Source: the human T2T-CHM13v2.0 reference genome, Homo sapiens. From it: DNA of 64,000 nt. The stretch is taken from NCBI RefSeq assembly GCF_009914755.1, contig NC_060933.1; one strand, written 5' to 3'. Of the stretch, positions 61,300 through 64,000 are shown piece after piece. Positions within the stretch are counted from its first letter, which is position 1. Every line of letters starts with the position of its first letter. The translations under genes were made by a program, and so were the position numbers. Under the pieces are notes generated by a model. That model was not told the origin of the DNA. It saw nothing but the letters and a program-made list of their open reading frames with translations, and made no database searches.

Positions 61300-64000
<2,701 letters not shown>

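Overview
Primate (human-like) genomic DNA, AT-rich, with no CpG island and no protein-coding gene I can name. Most of the window is interspersed repeats: about 20 Alus; L1 relics, including a ~9 kb composite ancient L1 at ~17.7-27.0 kb; L2 and MIR; solo LTRs (LTR8, LTR1, LTR16, LTR33, MLT1/MLT2, MST, THE1); and DNA transposons (Tigger3, MER30, MER33, MER5, a decayed hAT-Blackjack transposase). Subfamily names are from recalled consensus sequences and repeat boundaries are approximate unless a TSD or terminus is cited. The provided ORFs are essentially repeat-derived or chance. The most notable structures read directly from the sequence are: (i) a 319-bp, ~97.5% identical local inverted duplication (36447-36765 vs 38925-39243) around a splice-site-bounded 61-nt candidate exon; (ii) a 58-bp dispersed direct duplication; (iii) a TSD-bounded mini-L1 made of an inverted ORF1 piece fused to the extreme 3' end plus poly(A); (iv) an Alu whose left arm appears inverted; (v) several micro-scale templated-insertion scars; (vi) candidate spliced 3' ends of a plus-strand transcript (111-217, 1093-~1395) and a minus-strand transcript (terminal exon 42659 to ~41910). 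I found no evidence of a new multi-gene system.
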